Shown: in pieces, positions 20,975 through 24,000 of the stretch
How the letters are laid out: each line of letters opens with the position of its first letter
Numbering within the stretch: position 1 is the first letter of the stretch
DNA from: Escherichia coli PMV-1
GTDB lineage: Bacteria > Pseudomonadota > Gammaproteobacteria > Enterobacterales > Enterobacteriaceae
Strand: one strand, 5' to 3'
DNA: 24,000 bases
NCBI RefSeq assembly: GCF_000493595.2
Contig: NC_022370.1
Program-made: the position numbers and the translations under genes
Notes under the pieces: generated by a model
What the model was told of the DNA's origin: nothing
The model's input: only the letters and a program-made list of their open reading frames with translations
Database searches by the model: none

Positions 20975-21558
20975 CAGCACACCTCCACATGAGTGGTTCG
21001 CGGAATAGCCAGCAGGCGCTCGCCGCAGGTCAGGATCAGGTCGATGCCGAGCGGGAACGGGTGCGGGCGCTCGGTAAGTTCATGAAGAATGCACTTTGGC
21101 AGTTGCGGGGCGATCATCCGTTCTTCGGCAATACCTGCGCCGGTGAGGCGCAACATACGCCCACCGCTCAGGCTGGTGACCTGTAAAATCAGCGTTGCGC
21201 CCGCTTCTGGTGCAACGGCAGTGCCGGTGGAAAGGGCGTTGAGCTGCTCGCTGGAGATCGCCTCATCTGTTACCGCGAAGGTCGCCTGTTTCGGCTGATT
21301 AACCAGCGGCGCGTTGGTATGAAAACGCAGGCTCTGATTGACGATATCGTTGCTCAATGGCGCGGCAAGCCACACCGGCGTGTCGTTATCGGCCAGCGTC
21401 AGCAGCACGCTGGTGGTGGCGATATTCAGCGGCTGCCAGCCGCGCTTGAGCTGATGCAGGGCGACAATCACGCCCGGCTCGCTCATGGCCTTTAACAGGC
21501 GACGAAAACTGTGTTGGGCATCCTGCACGGGAAGCATAAAAGCGGTTTCCAGGGTCAT
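20974..21558 (-). CDS. phnH: C-P lyase core complex subunit PhnH, 194 aa
   Basis: [29 protein letters not shown].... It has an ATGA overlap with phnG. Confidence 0.93.
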   Translation of the reverse strand: MTLETAFMLPVQDAQHSFRRLLKAMSEPGVIVALHQLKRGWQPLNIATTSVLLTLADNDTPVWLAAPLSNDIVNQSLRFHTNAPLVNQPKQATFAVTDEAISSEQLNALSTGTAVAPEAGATLILQVTSLSGGRMLRLTGAGIAEERMIAPQLPKCILHELTERPHPFPLGIDLILTCGERLLAIPRTTHVEVC

Positions 21559-22007
21559 GCGTTGTCTCCGCGAACCATCGTAAAGAAGTCGACCCGGCTG
21601 GCGTTCACTTCGGCCTGGCGCGCGGCAATGCGTGCCATACGGTCAGCGTCCAGCGGGGTGATAAGGGTTTCTGATAAGTTTTGAAAGTGGCGGTTTTGCT
21701 GCATCAGCGCATCAATCAGCGCACAACGTTCGGCGTGCTGTTTGTCGCGCCCCAGCACCCAGCTATAGCCGAGCGTGCCGTCAGTCAGACGCACGGCGGC
21801 GCGGGTGAGCGTGGCGTCGCCAGCAAAAAAGCGTTCGCCGGTGCCGCCCATTCGCGCCTGAATCTGCACCAGGCCAGTTTCAGCGGCGCGGATCACCTCA
21901 TAATCGGCGTTGATGTTCAGCGCGTTCAGGCGGGCTGCCAGTTCAGCCGGTTGGCTGTGCGCCAGCACGGACATCCAGTGCTGGCGGGTCGCGGTATCTG
22001 CGTGCAT
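21555..22007 (-). CDS. phnG: C-P lyase core complex subunit PhnG, 150 aa
   Basis: [23 protein letters not shown].... It abuts the phnF stop directly. Confidence 0.93.
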   Translation of the reverse strand: MHADTATRQHWMSVLAHSQPAELAARLNALNINADYEVIRAAETGLVQIQARMGGTGERFFAGDATLTRAAVRLTDGTLGYSWVLGRDKQHAERCALIDALMQQNRHFQNLSETLITPLDADRMARIAARQAEVNASRVDFFTMVRGDNA

Positions 22008-22733
22008 TCAGTGCTCCATAGTGAATTCAATCATGTCGGCGCGCGTCAGGCTGACGGAGTACTCCGCCGGGCTGCTTTCACCGTCACGGTGGTTAAGGGT
22101 GCGCACGCACAGCAGCGGCGACATATTCGGGATTTCAAGACGCTGGCACTCTTTGGCCTGGGCGCGGCGGGCGCTGATCCGCGTCTGGCTGCGTCGTAGC
22201 GTAATCCCCGTTTGCTCGCGCAGAAAATCGTGCAGCGAACCGCTGTCGAAACGTTGCAGCGTCGGCCAGAGGGTGAGGTCCGCAAAGTAGTGGTCGATTA
22301 AACAGAGCGCGACGCCGTTGACCCGACGCAGGGTGCGCAGGTGGATGACGTTCTCCCCCTCGGTTATCCCCAGCGCGTCAGCGACGTGACCGGAGGCGGG
22401 GCGCAGCACCGATAGCAATTTTTCGCTGGTGGGATGGCTGCCCTGGTCCAGCAGGTTCTGGCTAAAACGCGCCTGGGCGTTGAGCGGGTAATCGAACGGG
22501 CGCATCAGCACCAGTACGCCGACGCCCTGACGGCGCTGTACCCAGCCTTTTTCCACCAGTTGGTCGATGGCGCGGCGCAGGGTGTGGCGGTTCACCTCAA
22601 AGCGCGCCGCCAGTTGCTGCTCGGCGGGAAGATAGTCGCCGCAGCGGTAGTGTTGACGAAGCTCCTGCTCAAGTTTTGCGGCTATCTCCTGATAGCGTGT
22701 TGGGTAGCTGGTCGGATGTGTAGACAAGTGCAT
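22008..22733 (-). CDS. phnF: GntR/HutC-family transcriptional regulator of phosphonate utilisation, 241 aa
   Basis: MHLSTHPTSYPTRYQEIAAKLEQELR..., with a winged-helix region (LPAEQQLAARFEVNRHTLRRAIDQLV) and a C-terminal UTRA domain. I used the third Met of the track ORF, which gives 241 aa. Confidence 0.92.
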   Translation of the reverse strand: MHLSTHPTSYPTRYQEIAAKLEQELRQHYRCGDYLPAEQQLAARFEVNRHTLRRAIDQLVEKGWVQRRQGVGVLVLMRPFDYPLNAQARFSQNLLDQGSHPTSEKLLSVLRPASGHVADALGITEGENVIHLRTLRRVNGVALCLIDHYFADLTLWPTLQRFDSGSLHDFLREQTGITLRRSQTRISARRAQAKECQRLEIPNMSPLLCVRTLNHRDGESSPAEYSVSLTRADMIEFTMEH

Positions 22734-22753
22734 AGCCATCAATGCCTCGCTTA

Positions 22754-23533
22754 TCAGATAAAGTGCTTACGCAACCGTTGAGAGAGGAAATCCAGCAGGC
22801 TGACCGTGACGATGATGAGCACCATCAGGGCGCAGGTTTGCTGGAACTGGAAACCGCGAATCGCTTCCCACAGCGTGACGCCGATCCCGCCCGCGCCAAC
22901 CATACCGACGACGGTCGCCGAGCGGACGTTGGATTCGAAGCGATAGAGAGAGTAGGAAATCAGCAGCGGCATGACCTGCGGTAGTACGCCGTAGAGGATC
23001 TCTTCCAGCTTGTTGGCACCGGTAGCGCGAATGCCCTCCACCGGGCCGGGTTCAATCGCTTCTACCGCTTCGGAAAGCAGTTTGGAAAGTACGCCGGTGG
23101 TGTGGATAAACAGCGCCAGCACGCCAGCGAACGGGCCGAGGCCGACGGCGACCACGAACAGCATGGCGAAGACTATTTCGTTAATGGCGCGGCAGGCGTC
23201 CATCAGGCGGCGTACAGGTTGGTAGACCCACCACGGTACCAGGTTTTCAGCGCTCATCAGGCCGAAGGGGATGGAGAGAACCACCGCCAGCGCGGTGCCC
23301 CAGACGGCGATTTGCAGCGTGACGGCCATTTCGGTGAGGTAATCCTGCCACTGGCTGAAATCGGGCGGGAAGAAGTCGGCGGCGAACGTCGCCATGTTGC
23401 CGCCATCTTTAATCAGCGTAAGCGGTGCCATTTCCGCGCCCTGCCACGAGACGACCAGCACGGCGATAACAACGGCCCAGCTCAGAAGCGAGAACCAGCT
23501 GCGCTTGGGTGGGGCGATGGTGATGGTTTGCAT
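22754..23533 (-). CDS. phnE: Phosphonate ABC transporter permease, an intact 259-codon allele
   Basis: [28 protein letters not shown]...SQRLRKHFI is one uninterrupted frame containing an EAA-like loop ([21 protein letters not shown]). The upstream 21 codons of the track ORF lie in REP sequence and I rejected them. Confidence 0.9.
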   Translation of the reverse strand: MQTITIAPPKRSWFSLLSWAVVIAVLVVSWQGAEMAPLTLIKDGGNMATFAADFFPPDFSQWQDYLTEMAVTLQIAVWGTALAVVLSIPFGLMSAENLVPWWVYQPVRRLMDACRAINEIVFAMLFVVAVGLGPFAGVLALFIHTTGVLSKLLSEAVEAIEPGPVEGIRATGANKLEEILYGVLPQVMPLLISYSLYRFESNVRSATVVGMVGAGGIGVTLWEAIRGFQFQQTCALMVLIIVTVSLLDFLSQRLRKHFI

Positions 23534-23547
23534 GTTTGGCTCCGGTC

Positions 23548-23635
23548 TGTAGGCCGGATAAGGTGCTTGCACCGCATCCGGCATCAACGTCTGCACATTG
23601 TCGGATGCGACGCCGGGGCGTCTTATCCGACCTAC
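23548..23635. repeat. BIME: two inverted REP units in the phnD-phnE spacer
   Basis: TGTAGGCCGGATAAGGTGCTTGCACCGCATCCGGCA (23548..23583) and TGTCGGATGCGACGCCGGGGCGTCTTATCCGACCTAC (23599..23635). Confidence 0.85.
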
Positions 23636-23638
23636 GAT

Positions 23639-24000
23639 TTACTGCACCGCTTTACTCACCGAACTCATTGCGCTTAACGCGTTGTTCAGGCGGTCCAAAT
23701 CATCCAGTTGCGCCTGAATGGCGGTGGTTTTTGCCAGCTTGTCCTGTTCGTTCAGCCCTTTGTTGTCCTTCACGCTTTGCATCTCTTTAAACAGCGCGAG
23801 CTGGCGAATCGGCACCAGTTGCAGGTCGCTGGAGGCGCGGAACGGCGCCCAGCCCAGGCGTTCCAGCACCGCTTTCTCTTCCGGCGTTTTGCCGTAGTTC
23901 ATAAAGAAGTCGTAGATCTTGTCTTTGGTGGTTTCGGACAGATTTTTGCGCCAGACGATCGGATCGCCTGGGATCAGCGGCGATTTCCAGATCACCTTCA
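23639..24000 (-). CDS. phnD: Periplasmic phosphonate-binding protein. Only the C-terminal ~120 codons are present and the 5' part lies beyond the window.
   Basis: The frame is open to the window edge and ends ...LDDLDRLNNALSAMSSVSKAVQ* with TAA at 23639..23641. Sequence and position upstream of phnE match PhnD. Confidence 0.9.
   Translation of the reverse strand, partial: KVIWKSPLIPGDPIVWRKNLSETTKDKIYDFFMNYGKTPEEKAVLERLGWAPFRASSDLQLVPIRQLALFKEMQSVKDNKGLNEQDKLAKTTAIQAQLDDLDRLNNALSAMSSVSKAVQ

Overview
This window is a well-characterised Escherichia coli-type core chromosome segment, recognised from the translated ORFs and gene order. The order is mdtP(partial)-mdtO-mdtN-ytcA | yjcS | alsK-alsE-alsC-alsA-alsB-rpiR(alsR) | rpiB, yjdP | phnP-O-N-M-L-K-J-I-H-G-F-E-phnD(partial). 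Only rpiB and yjdP are on the + strand. Coding density is very high and the largest non-coding gap is the 358-bp rpiR/rpiB divergent region. I see no tRNA, rRNA, CRISPR array, IS element, integrase or prophage remnant. The only repeats are REP/BIME palindromic units in three intergenic spacers. Product lengths match the known proteins, as recalled from memory, with one exception. alsC, the D-allose ABC permease, has an in-frame TAG at 9654..9656 that splits a 326-codon frame into 81-aa and 235-aa track ORFs, so it is a nonsense pseudogene. phnE reads through as an intact 259-codon permease, whereas the K-12 allele is frameshifted. Its 8-bp slippage repeat is present here as two tandem copies. 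I found no evidence of a previously undescribed multi-gene system, because no unexplained coding space is available. The less-understood elements are yjdP (a secreted, highly charged heptad-repeat protein whose repeats create 21-bp-phased GATC sites), ytcA (a small putative lipoprotein heading the mdtNOP efflux operon), an imperfect palindrome in the rpiR-alsB spacer, and a repeated 13-14-nt motif in the rpiR/rpiB control region. All homology statements rest on recognition of the translated sequences and were not checked against a database.
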